Below the pieces are notes generated by a model that worked only from the letters and a program-made list of their open reading frames with translations, did not search any database and was not told the DNA's origin. From Elusimicrobia bacterium GWA2_56_46 (lineage in GTDB: Bacteria > Elusimicrobiota > Elusimicrobia > Elusimicrobiales > UBA9959), in the NCBI GenBank assembly GCA_001799575.1, contig MGTT01000015.1, forward strand, positions 76,801 to 140,800: DNA of 64,000 nt. Reading direction: 5' to 3'. Positions 16,341 through 24,594 of this stretch are shown piece after piece; the stretch's first letter is position 1; each line of letters begins with the position of its first letter. The translations under genes and the position numbers were made by a program.

Positions 16341-17024
16341 ATGACCTTATATTTCACCGCTTTCGGCGCTGGAGTTATGTCGTTCTTCTCTCCCTGCGTG
16401 CTGCCGCTTCTGCCGGGCTACCTCTCCATGCTTTCCGGGGTTTCGGCCGGGGAACTGCTTAAAGGCGGCGACGGCGCGGCCGTAAAAAAAGTAGTTCTCA
16501 ACGCCCTGGTCTTCGTGTCCGGATTCTCGCTGGCTTTTTCCCTGATGGGCGCGGCCGCCTCCGCCATGGGGGGATTGCTTGCGGCCCACAAAGGGACTTT
16601 GTTGAAAGTTTTCGGCGTGATGATGGCCCTTCTCGGCGTGCATATGACCGGCCTGGTCAATCTGAACCCGCTGAATTACGATAAGCGTTTTTCGATGCGG
16701 ACGCTGGGCGGGAACTATCCCGGTTCTTTCCTTATGGGTTTCGCTTTCGCGCTGGGCTGGTCGCCGTGCATAGGGCCGATCCTGGCCTCGATCCTGGCCA
16801 TGGCGGCTGTTTCCGGGGGGACTTATAAGGGGATCTCGCTGCTGCTGGCTTATTCGGCGGGCCTCGCGGCGCCCCTTATGCTGGCGGCGCTGCTCACGGC
16901 CCAGTTTTTCGCTTTTGTCGGCAGATTCAAAAAAGCTTTGCGCCTGGTGGAGGCGGCCGCCGGTGTTGTCCTGATCGCGGCGGGCATTCTGCTCTTTTTT
17001 AACCGGCTGATGTTCCTCGACTAA
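16341..17024 (+). CDS. ccdA: cytochrome c biogenesis / thiol-disulfide transfer membrane protein CcdA (DsbD family)
   Basis: FSPCVLPLLPGYL and SPCIGP motifs, 6 TM. Confidence 0.85.
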   Translation: MTLYFTAFGAGVMSFFSPCVLPLLPGYLSMLSGVSAGELLKGGDGAAVKKVVLNALVFVSGFSLAFSLMGAAASAMGGLLAAHKGTLLKVFGVMMALLGVHMTGLVNLNPLNYDKRFSMRTLGGNYPGSFLMGFAFALGWSPCIGPILASILAMAAVSGGTYKGISLLLAYSAGLAAPLMLAALLTAQFFAFVGRFKKALRLVEAAAGVVLIAAGILLFFNRLMFLD

Positions 17025-17027
17025 ATT

Positions 17028-17618
17028 TCAGTCTTCACGCTTTACTACCGTCCTTGAGCCGGGTTTTACCAGCGGCAGGCCCTTCGCGCAGAGGGGGCAG
17101 TCGTCCGGACTGTAAACTTTCAGATCCAGCGTCAGGAGGCTGGCGGAGGGGAAATAGAAAGACCGGCCGCCCATGCGGTTGATCACGGAAAGTGCGCCCA
17201 GCACTTCGGCGCGGGCTTTTTTTACCGTCTCAAAAACCTCCATGGTGGATCTGCCGGTGGTGAAAACATCCTCCACGATCAGAACCTTTGCGCCGGCCGG
17301 CAGCGAAAAACCCCGGCGCAGCGCCATTATGTTATTGTCCCGTTCGGTGAACATAAAATCCACGCCGAAAGCGCGCGCGACCTCATGCCCTATAATAAGC
17401 CCGCCAAGCGCCGGAGAAAGAATGAGATCGGGCCTGGGGCCTTTCCATATTTTTTTGAGTTCAGCCCCCAGGGCCGCGGCTTTGGCGGGGTCTTTCAGCG
17501 ACAAAGCGCACTGGACGTAATCCGGGCTGTGCAGCCCTGAAGAAAGCAGAAAATGCCCCTCCATAAGCGCCCCGCTCTTGCGCAGCTGCGAATAAATTTT
17601 TTTCTCACGAGCCGTCAT
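17028..17618 (-). CDS. pyrE: orotate phosphoribosyltransferase
   Basis: PRPP-binding motif VLIVEDVFTTGRS. Confidence 0.9.
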   Translation of the reverse strand: MTAREKKIYSQLRKSGALMEGHFLLSSGLHSPDYVQCALSLKDPAKAAALGAELKKIWKGPRPDLILSPALGGLIIGHEVARAFGVDFMFTERDNNIMALRRGFSLPAGAKVLIVEDVFTTGRSTMEVFETVKKARAEVLGALSVINRMGGRSFYFPSASLLTLDLKVYSPDDCPLCAKGLPLVKPGSRTVVKRED

Positions 17619-18292
17619 TTCAGTTCCTCCAGTATTCCGCGGACCGCCGCGGCGGGATCCGGGGCCTTGAGCACCGGCCTGCCTGCCACTATAAAATCGG
17701 CTCCCGCAGCCCTGGCCCCGGCGGGGGTCAGTGTACGCTTCTGATCGTCGCCTCCGGCTTCGAACCTTATCCCTGGCGTGATCACTTTAAGCGCGGCGCC
17801 GAAACGCTTTTTCACCGCCGCAGCCTCCCGGGGGGAGCAGACAACGCCGTCGGCCCCGTTCTCCGCGCCCATGGCGGCCAGGACGGACACGGTCTTCGCT
17901 ATCCCGCTCTTAAAACCGGCGCGGGCGAACGAGCTTTCGTCGAAACTGGTCAGCACCGTTATTCCCCAGAGACGCGGCCTTCTTTTAAGGGAGGCGGCGG
18001 CCTTAAGCATCTCCGGCCCGCCGGAGAGGTGCAGGGACACGGAATATACTCCCAGGCGCGCCGCGCTTTCTACGGCGTTCCTGACGGTGTTGGGAATATC
18101 GTTGAATTTGAGATCCAGAAAGACTTTGCCTCCGTATTTATGGACCAGCTCAACCGCCCGGGGGCCCGCGAGAGTGAAAAGACCGGAGCCGACTTTGTAG
18201 ACGACCGGCAGACCCCTGAGTTTTTTGAGCAGGGCTTCGGCGGTTTTAAGATCAGGCGTGTCGAGCGCGACTATTAATCCGGTTTGGTTCAT
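17615..18292 (-). CDS. pyrF: orotidine 5'-phosphate decarboxylase
   Basis: LIVALD...FLDLKFNDIPNTV motifs; 4-nt overlaps with neighbours. Confidence 0.9.
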   Translation of the reverse strand: MNQTGLIVALDTPDLKTAEALLKKLRGLPVVYKVGSGLFTLAGPRAVELVHKYGGKVFLDLKFNDIPNTVRNAVESAARLGVYSVSLHLSGGPEMLKAAASLKRRPRLWGITVLTSFDESSFARAGFKSGIAKTVSVLAAMGAENGADGVVCSPREAAAVKKRFGAALKVITPGIRFEAGGDDQKRTLTPAGARAAGADFIVAGRPVLKAPDPAAAVRGILEELK

Positions 18293-19350
18293 CTGAATTT
18301 ATTCTTAGCGCGGTTTTGCGCGTTAAAGCCGGTCTTTTCCAGATACTTCAGGATCGCCCTTACCAGGAATGGCCCTTCGTAAATAAGGCCGGAATAGACC
18401 TGTACCAGATCCGCGCCTAGGCGGAGCTTCTCGGCGGCTGACGGCCCGTCGAAAATCCCGCCGGCGCCGATCAGCGGCGCCCGCCCAGCCGCCAGCGCGG
18501 AAACTTTTTCAAGCATCTCGTTCGCGATCCCGCGCAGCGGCCGTCCGCTGAGTCCTCCCTCGTAGGAATGCCACCGCGCCGGGAGATGCCCGCGCCTGAC
18601 CGTGGTGTTGGCTACGATAAGCCCCAGGCCGCGCTCCACGGCGCTGCTTACCAGATCTTTAAGCTCAGCGTCTTCCAGTTCCGGGGAGATCTTCACGAAA
18701 ACGGGTTTTTTTGCCGCCTGGCCGCTTACAAAATCCATAACCGGATCCAGCAGCCGCGCCAGGCGTTCTTTCTGGTGCAGCGCGCGCAGCTGTAAAGTGT
18801 TGGGGGAACTGATGTTCAGCGTGAAATAATCGCCGAAAGGATAGAGAACTTTGAGCGCCTCAACGTAGTTCTTCGGCGCGTCTTCCAGCGAACAGTCGGC
18901 GTTTTTGCCGATATTCAGCCCCAGCGGCACGCCGGCGGGCCCCAGCCGCTCAAGTCTGCGGGCGGCTTCGTAGGCGCCGACATTATTAAAACCCATGCGG
19001 TTTATGATGCCCTGGTGCTCTCCCAGGCGGAAGACCCGCGGCCGGGGGTTGCCGTTCTGGGCGCGCAGGGTCAAGGTGCCCAATTCCAGAAAACCGAATC
19101 CCAGTCTGGCCAGAATATGCGGCGCCTCGCAGTTCTTGTCGAAACCCGCCGCTAGTCCCACCGGATTTCTGAACCGGATACCGGCCACAGTAACAGGGAT
19201 TTCCGTAGCTCTGGCCATCAGCTCTATGATCAGTTGCGCCGGCCCGATACTCTGCAGGGTTCTGGCGCTTTTAATAACGGCGTCATGAACCGTTTCCGGG
19301 TCGAAAGTAAAAAGTATTTTGCGCAAGATCTGTCTGTATAAGAAGCCCAT
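18289..19350 (-). CDS. pyrD: dihydroorotate dehydrogenase (class 2, quinone type)
   Basis: N-terminal membrane-association helix, GFDKN, LNISSPNT, GGI motifs. Confidence 0.9.
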   Translation of the reverse strand: MGFLYRQILRKILFTFDPETVHDAVIKSARTLQSIGPAQLIIELMARATEIPVTVAGIRFRNPVGLAAGFDKNCEAPHILARLGFGFLELGTLTLRAQNGNPRPRVFRLGEHQGIINRMGFNNVGAYEAARRLERLGPAGVPLGLNIGKNADCSLEDAPKNYVEALKVLYPFGDYFTLNISSPNTLQLRALHQKERLARLLDPVMDFVSGQAAKKPVFVKISPELEDAELKDLVSSAVERGLGLIVANTTVRRGHLPARWHSYEGGLSGRPLRGIANEMLEKVSALAAGRAPLIGAGGIFDGPSAAEKLRLGADLVQVYSGLIYEGPFLVRAILKYLEKTGFNAQNRAKNKFR

Positions 19351-19499
19351 AGAGATTGCCTGATAAGAGACCAGTTAGGTTAAGCTCCGGTTAATTTTAC
19401 CTTTAAATACCGGCATTAGGAAACAGACATTATCTCCCCTAATCCTCCGCTAACAGGCCTGCGTCATTGATGAGAAGATTTCACCCATTGGGTGAAAGT

Positions 19500-19720
19500 G
19501 GAAAATGACGGCGGACTGCAAGTTCGGGATGGCCGTTGCGGCCAGGTCTGCGTCCTGTCAGCCATGGGGCCCATCGGGCCGGAAGGGGCCCGGCGACTGA
19601 CCTATGGGCGTGCCGCAACAGGGCCTATGGCCAACAGGCGGCCTTCGCGCCGGTTCCCCTTTCGGCCCGATCCAACCCATGGCTGCCACCCCTCCAGGTA
19701 TACCCCGCCGCCATCCTTCC
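19500..19720 (+). repeat. long imperfect hairpin repeat, copy Y (221 nt)
   Basis: Same arms as copy X in reverse orientation, plus extra apical and lateral insertions; the frame is not conserved between copies. Confidence 0.6.
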
Positions 19721-20131
19721 AACACAACCTTAAAAACAAACCTCTATTTTGTCCGCGAGGCACCCAAACTGCAAGATGGGTACCGAATGAAGAAATAATG
19801 ATTTTAAGGGGGGCCACGGACGGCGGGGGAAGCACCGGTGGTTTTATAAAATTTACTGTTCCCTATACCGGGCGGGTAATTCAAGTAGTAATTTGGGCGG
19901 GGTCAATATATTGTATTTTCAGATTGGAATGCCGAGCGACCATCAAGTGTGTAAATTTTACTAAGGGGTGCCGATGGACAGCCTTTTTGTCCCGCAGGCC
20001 GCCGAGTGGACTACACTGCCGTTAAGTTTTGCTACGGACACTGGGCTCGTGAAGCACAAAGGCTGTCCATCGGCAGGCCCCCGGTTTTACTATCCTGCGG
20101 TTCGTTAACCCAAAGCCGATAGGATTACCGC

Positions 20132-21424
20132 TTATCGGAGGATTTGGGATCTCCTGAAAACGAAACGCCCGGCGACCATCGTCGCGGCGGCGCGGCCTTT
20201 AAGACGCCGGCCTATAAAGGGGGAATTAGCGGATCTGGAATAAAAACGCGGCCCCACCCGGTATTCGACGAACGGCTCTATCAGCGTAAGATCCGCGTCC
20301 ATCCCCGGCGCCAGCCCTCCCTTTTTCTTCAAGCCCAGGATCCGGGCCGGGTTGGCGCTCATAAGTTCCGCCAGCCGCAGCCTGGAGATAACGCCCTTAT
20401 GCACCAGTTCGGTGAGCGCCAGCCCCAGCATTGTCTCAAGACCTGTTACGCCAAAGGGCGCCTTTATCATACCTTTGGTTTTCTCGGCGGCCGGATGCGG
20501 CGCGTGATCCGAAGCTATAACGTCTATAGTCCCGTCCGCCAGCCCTTTTATGAGGGCCGCGCGGTCGTCCCGCTCCCGCAGAGGCGGTTTCATTTTAAAA
20601 GCGGCGTTTCGGACGTCTTCGCAGGTCAGAGTGAAATAATGGGGACAGGTCTCGGCCGTTACCCTGATACCTCTCCTCCTGGCGGCGGCGGCCAGTTCGA
20701 CGCTTTCAAGACAGCTCAGGTGCTGGAGATGGAGCGGCCCGCCGGTCGCGCCGGCGAGCAGCAGGTCGCGCAGCACCATATATGTTTCCGCTTCCCTCGG
20801 GATGCCGGGGACGCCAAGCCGGCGCGCCCGCGCGCATTCGTGCATCACTCCGGGGCCGGTCAAATGCGAAGCTTCCGCGTGCTCCAGCACCGGAGTTTTC
20901 AGTTTTTTAGCCAGCCTGAGAGCTTTCGTGAGAAGTTTAGAATTCTCCACACAGGCTCCATCGTCGGTGAAAGCGAGCGCGCCCGCCGCTTTAAGGGCTT
21001 TGAGGCCGGCCAGTTCCCGGCCGGCGCGGCCGCGGGTGACAGCGGCGGAAAAATAAATATTCACCGGCAGGGCGGCGGCCTTCTCCGAGAGCCGCCGGAG
21101 AAGCGCGGGGCTGTCGGCCGGGGGCTCGGTATTGGGCATGGCCAGAATGGAGGTGATCCCGCCGGCGGCGGCCGCGCGGGCCGCGCTTGCCAGGTTTTCG
21201 GCCCGCTCCATACCCGGCTCGCGGGTATGGACATGCATATCTATCAGCCCGGGCATGAGCCAGAGTCCGGAAGCGTCAAAGAGCTCAAAACTTCCGCGGG
21301 CCGTTCCCGGAAAGCCGGGCCCCAGGGACTTTATGCGGCCGTCCTCGATGAACAGGTTCAGTTTTTTTTCGAGTTTGCGCGCGGGGTCTATCACCAGCGC
21401 GTTTTGAATAAGAAGTCTCGGCAT
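20132..21424 (-). CDS. pyrC: dihydroorotase
   Basis: GLIDMHVHTREPG metal-binding motif, amidohydrolase fold signatures. Confidence 0.9.
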   Translation of the reverse strand: MPRLLIQNALVIDPARKLEKKLNLFIEDGRIKSLGPGFPGTARGSFELFDASGLWLMPGLIDMHVHTREPGMERAENLASAARAAAAGGITSILAMPNTEPPADSPALLRRLSEKAAALPVNIYFSAAVTRGRAGRELAGLKALKAAGALAFTDDGACVENSKLLTKALRLAKKLKTPVLEHAEASHLTGPGVMHECARARRLGVPGIPREAETYMVLRDLLLAGATGGPLHLQHLSCLESVELAAAARRRGIRVTAETCPHYFTLTCEDVRNAAFKMKPPLRERDDRAALIKGLADGTIDVIASDHAPHPAAEKTKGMIKAPFGVTGLETMLGLALTELVHKGVISRLRLAELMSANPARILGLKKKGGLAPGMDADLTLIEPFVEYRVGPRFYSRSANSPFIGRRLKGRAAATMVAGRFVFRRSQILR

Positions 21425-21822
21425 TACTTTTTCTTTTTGGATTCTTTCAGAAAGTAATACAGGCCGGCCAGGAGAGCGGCGGCTGCGAGCAGCCAGGCGG
21501 GATTGGAAATCGCCTTTTTGTTTTCCGGCGGCGCCGCTGAAACGGCAGGTTCTACGGCTGGAGCGGCCGGGATCAATTGCGCTTTGGGAGCTCCCTGTCT
21601 GAGGGCCGCGGTTTTGCTCTGTCCTTGTTGCAAAGAAGCGCCGTCTCCGCCGGAACGTTTAGGTTCGATCTTTATTTCCGCTTTTTTGAGTTCCGCCATA
21701 AAAGGCGTCACTTTTTTTATTTGGGGTTTGCAGGCGTCGGAAGCCTTGTCGCAGCCGTCATCGGCCCGGATGCCGGAGGCCAGGGCAAGGATCAGGGCGG
21801 GGAAAATGATTAAATTTTTCAT
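21424..21822 (-). CDS. secreted hypothetical protein with C-terminal membrane anchor
   Basis: Start set at MKNLIIFPALILALASG (signal peptide); C-terminal WLLAAAALLAGLYYFL plus KKKK; its stop overlaps the pyrC ATG (TAATG). Confidence 0.5.
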   Translation of the reverse strand: MKNLIIFPALILALASGIRADDGCDKASDACKPQIKKVTPFMAELKKAEIKIEPKRSGGDGASLQQGQSKTAALRQGAPKAQLIPAAPAVEPAVSAAPPENKKAISNPAWLLAAAALLAGLYYFLKESKKKK

Positions 21823-21823
21823 A

Positions 21824-22372
21824 TCAGCGGCCGTTAAAAGACGAGATTTCCTCCAGCGTTTTTCTCTTGCGGGGCGGCGGAGCTTCGTCGGCGTAACCCA
21901 CACTCAACATGATCTCTACTTTGAGACCGGCGGGCAGGCCCAGGGCTTTAGCGGCGCCTTTGGCGTCAAACCAGCCTAGCCAGCAGGTACCGAGCCCCTG
22001 CTCTTCGGCGGCCAGGACGAAATGCTCGGCGGCGATGCCGATATCTATCAGGCGGAAATTTGTGTCCCGCACCTGGTTGCCCAGCCAGGCGGTGAGTTTA
22101 CCTTTTTGGGAAACTACCGCCACGAGGGCTCCGGCCCGGGCGGCGAATCCGGTGGAGGAATAAAGGCCCGAAAAAGCGGCGGCGGCCAGCTTTTCTTTTA
22201 AGTCGGGGGCGTCCACGACTATGAATTTATAGGGCTGGGCGTTGCAGGCCGAAGGGGCCAGGCGCGCGGCCTCCAGGCAGGCGAGAAGTTTTTCTCTTTC
22301 CACGGGCACGGGGTTATATTTGCGCACGCTGCGCCGCTCAGAAACAAGTTTAAAAAAATGATTCTCCCGCAT
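21824..22372 (-). CDS. nitroreductase family protein (intact copy)
   Basis: RRSVRKY...PSACNAQPY nitroreductase N-terminal motif; start at MRENHFF with TACAAT 7 nt upstream. Confidence 0.85.
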   Translation of the reverse strand: MRENHFFKLVSERRSVRKYNPVPVEREKLLACLEAARLAPSACNAQPYKFIVVDAPDLKEKLAAAAFSGLYSSTGFAARAGALVAVVSQKGKLTAWLGNQVRDTNFRLIDIGIAAEHFVLAAEEQGLGTCWLGWFDAKGAAKALGLPAGLKVEIMLSVGYADEAPPPRKRKTLEEISSFNGR

Positions 22373-22586
22373 AACTGATATTGTATAAAAAAGAACGCAG
22401 CAAACCCTCCCCAAAGAATTATCCAATGCAAGATGAGCCTGAAAGCGGGACGCTGCTTAAATGCTCAAATGGGAATAATTCAACCCGGTTTTGACGGTGG
22501 CGACTGCGAAAACTATTCCTGAAATGTGAACAGGCTTATGAACACGTGGATGCGCTGCCGCCGGGTGCCCCGTGGCTGCGGACAAT

Positions 22587-22895
22587 TTAATGGACGTGAT
22601 GCTGGGTGTGGGAGGGCTTGAATGACATTTCCAGCCCCGAAGCGCTTAATATCCCCATAAATGTTTTTAATTCTGGGTTTCCTTTTTTCGAAAGCGTCTT
22701 ATAAACACCCGCTCTTGAAAGGGAAATTTTTTTGGCCATTTTGGAGATGCCATGAGCCCTGACTACCTGGGCTAACACGGCAAGCATAAGCGCCGGATCA
22801 TTTTCTTCTACGGCGGCATTCATATACAGCGCGGCTTCTTTGGGATCTTTAAGCGCTTTATTTAAATAGTCGTCATGGGTTCTGTAGTTTTTCAT
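22587..22895 (-). CDS. higA: HigA-family antitoxin (addiction module antidote, XRE HTH), copy 1
   Basis: HTH ISKMAKKISLSRAGVYKTLSKKGNP; 4-nt overlap with the upstream toxin gene. Confidence 0.8.
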   Translation of the reverse strand: MKNYRTHDDYLNKALKDPKEAALYMNAAVEENDPALMLAVLAQVVRAHGISKMAKKISLSRAGVYKTLSKKGNPELKTFMGILSASGLEMSFKPSHTQHHVH

Positions 22896-23215
22896 AAATT
22901 CCTCTTATAATCGTCCCAGTACTCAATCGCCTTTTTAATATCTTTTGCCTGACTGCTTTTGTCTCCGGCGCAAAGTAAAACGATTACTTCATTGCCATGG
23001 AGCCCGATATAAACCCTGTATCCCGGACCGTAATCAATTCTGAGTTCGATAATTCCATGAGCGATCTTTTTATGGTCGCCAAAATTCCCGAGCTCCGCGC
23101 GGGTAACCCGCACTCTGATTTTGGCGGCTCCGAGGCGGTTTTTGAGCGAATCAACGTATTTGGTATACGCTTCAATTCCCGCATTTGTCTTATAGATTAT
23201 CGACTTTTTAATCAT
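22892..23215 (-). CDS. higB: RelE/ParE-superfamily toxin (addiction module killer, HigB-like gene order), copy 1
   Basis: ELRIDYGPGYRVYIGLHGNEVIVLLCAGDKSSQ motif typical of the killer-protein family; toxin-first order. Confidence 0.8.
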   Translation of the reverse strand: MIKKSIIYKTNAGIEAYTKYVDSLKNRLGAAKIRVRVTRAELGNFGDHKKIAHGIIELRIDYGPGYRVYIGLHGNEVIVLLCAGDKSSQAKDIKKAIEYWDDYKRNL

Positions 23216-23220
23216 CGATA

Positions 23221-23251
23221 ATAGTGTACACTATAGTTTACATCTAGTCAA
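23221..23251 (-). promoter_or_regulatory. higBA promoter with palindromic operator, copy 1
   Basis: Minus strand TTGACT (23251-23246), 17 nt, TACACT (23228-23223), 7 nt, ATG; a perfect 14-bp palindrome ATAGTGTACACTAT (23221-23234) covers the -10. Confidence 0.55.
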
Positions 23252-23304
23252 GGGCTATTTCACAAAAGATAAATGCCGTAAAAACAATGCTTTGGACGGA
23301 TAAG

Positions 23305-23347
23305 GTGACACACAACTTAATTCCCGCTTAATTAAGTTGTGTGTCAC
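23305..23347. other. perfect 18-bp-stem hairpin at the cassette boundary, copy 1
   Basis: GTGACACACAACTTAATT-cccgctt-AATTAAGTTGTGTGTCAC; ends 8 nt from the unit junction at 23355/23356. Confidence 0.8.
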
Positions 23348-23355
23348 TTAATCTT

Positions 23356-23483
23356 CAGGCCGAAGGGGCCAGGCGCGCGGCCTCCAGGCAGGCGAGAAGT
23401 TTTTCTCTTTCCACGGGCACGGGGTTATATTTGCGCACGCTGCGCCGCTCAGAAACAAGTTTAAAAAAATGATTCTCCCGCAT
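23356..23483 (-). pseudogene. displaced 5' fragment of the nitroreductase gene (codons 1-42, then TGA at the junction)
   Basis: Identical to 22245-22372; the junction changes the Cys43 codon TGC to TGA. Confidence 0.85.
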
Positions 23484-23697
23484 AACTGATATTGTATAAA
23501 AAAGAACGCAGCAAACCCTCCCCAAAGAATTATCCAATGCAAGATGAGCCTGAAAGCGGGACGCTGCTTAAATGCTCAAATGGGAATAATTCAACCCGGT
23601 TTTGACGGTGGCGACTGCGAAAACTATTCCTGAAATGTGAACAGGCTTATGAACACGTGGATGCGCTGCCGCCGGGTGCCCCGTGGCTGCGGACAAT

Positions 23698-24006
23698 TTA
23701 ATGGACGTGATGCTGGGTGTGGGAGGGCTTGAATGACATTTCCAGCCCCGAAGCGCTTAATATCCCCATAAATGTTTTTAATTCTGGGTTTCCTTTTTTC
23801 GAAAGCGTCTTATAAACACCCGCTCTTGAAAGGGAAATTTTTTTGGCCATTTTGGAGATGCCATGAGCCCTGACTACCTGGGCTAACACGGCAAGCATAA
23901 GCGCCGGATCATTTTCTTCTACGGCGGCATTCATATACAGCGCGGCTTCTTTGGGATCTTTAAGCGCTTTATTTAAATAGTCGTCATGGGTTCTGTAGTT
24001 TTTCAT
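23698..24006 (-). CDS. higA: HigA-family antitoxin, copy 2
   Basis: Protein identical to copy 1. Confidence 0.8.
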   Translation of the reverse strand: MKNYRTHDDYLNKALKDPKEAALYMNAAVEENDPALMLAVLAQVVRAHGISKMAKKISLSRAGVYKTLSKKGNPELKTFMGILSASGLEMSFKPSHTQHHVH

Positions 24007-24326
24007 AAATTCCTCTTATAATCGTCCCAGTACTCAATCGCCTTTTTAATATCTTTTGCCTGACTGCTTTTGTCTCCGGCGCAAAGTAAAACGATTACTT
24101 CATTGCCATGGAGCCCGATATAAACCCTGTATCCCGGACCGTAATCAATTCTGAGTTCGATAATTCCATGAGCGATCTTTTTATGGTCGCCAAAATTCCC
24201 GAGCTCCGCGCGGGTAACCCGCACTCTGATTTTGGCGGCTCCGAGGCGGTTTTTGAGCGAATCAACGTATTTGGTATACGCTTCAATTCCCGCATTTGTC
24301 TTATAGATTATCGACTTTTTAATCAT
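24003..24326 (-). CDS. higB: RelE/ParE-superfamily toxin, copy 2
   Basis: Protein identical to copy 1. Confidence 0.8.
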   Translation of the reverse strand: MIKKSIIYKTNAGIEAYTKYVDSLKNRLGAAKIRVRVTRAELGNFGDHKKIAHGIIELRIDYGPGYRVYIGLHGNEVIVLLCAGDKSSQAKDIKKAIEYWDDYKRNL

Positions 24327-24415
24327 CGATAATAGTGTACACTATAGTTTACATCTAGTCAAGGGCTATTTCACAAAAGATAAATGCCGTAAAAACAATG
24401 CTTTGGACGGATAAG

Positions 24416-24458
24416 GTGACACACAACTTAATTCCCGCTTAATTAAGTTGTGTGTCAC
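24416..24458. other. boundary hairpin, copy 2
   Basis: Identical to 23305-23347. Confidence 0.8.
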
Positions 24459-24466
24459 TTAATCTT

Positions 24467-24594
24467 CAGGCCGAAGGGGCCAGGCGCGCGGCCTCCAGGC
24501 AGGCGAGAAGTTTTTCTCTTTCCACGGGCACGGGGTTATATTTGCGCACGCTGCGCCGCTCAGAAACAAGTTTAAAAAAAGGAGTTTCCCTCAT
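24467..24594 (-). pseudogene. displaced, diverged 5' fragment of the nitroreductase gene (probable original chromosomal start, MRETPFF...)
   Basis: 114 bp identical to the cores, then only about 3/4 identity for ~85 nt through its own TACAAT-7-ATG promoter. Confidence 0.75.

Larger units (their letters stand above)
22245..24580. repeat. tandem repeat: 2 x 1,111-bp identical units plus a third 114-bp core
   Basis: Period exactly 1111 bp (22245/23356/24467). ORF translations are identical and spot-checked lines are identical. Confidence 0.9.

Noticed and set aside
19351-20131. PyrR-type transcription attenuator in the pyrC-pyrD spacer
   Set aside because: There is no PyrR-binding loop (ARUCCAGAGAGGCU-like) and no pyrR gene in view. 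The region is instead explained by the dispersed hairpin repeat.
20144-21457. 437-aa plus-strand ORF
   Set aside because: Antisense shadow of pyrC (clear dihydroorotase motifs on the minus strand), with an Arg/Gly/Pro-rich low-complexity translation.
21424-22426. N-terminal extensions offered by the ORF track (for example 21903, 22426, 9759, 51678, 47093, 32873, 41939 and 6024)
   Set aside because: The extended starts overlap the upstream gene or lack signals. Internal Met/GTG starts coincide with signal peptides, conserved N-termini, an SD or a -10 element, so the shorter models were used.
23305-23347. Interpreting the boundary hairpin as an integron attC site and the TA units as integron cassettes
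   Set aside because: There is no RYYYAAC/GTTRRRY core pair at the stem base, no extrahelical-base asymmetry (the stem is perfect) and no intI in the window. Each unit also carries a 114-bp target-gene core, which integron cassettes do not. The idea is kept only as a loose analogy.
22245-24580. CRISPR array or other short-period repeat explanation for the periodicity
   Set aside because: The period is 1,111 bp and contains complete protein-coding genes. No 25-40-bp direct repeats with spacers occur anywhere in the window.
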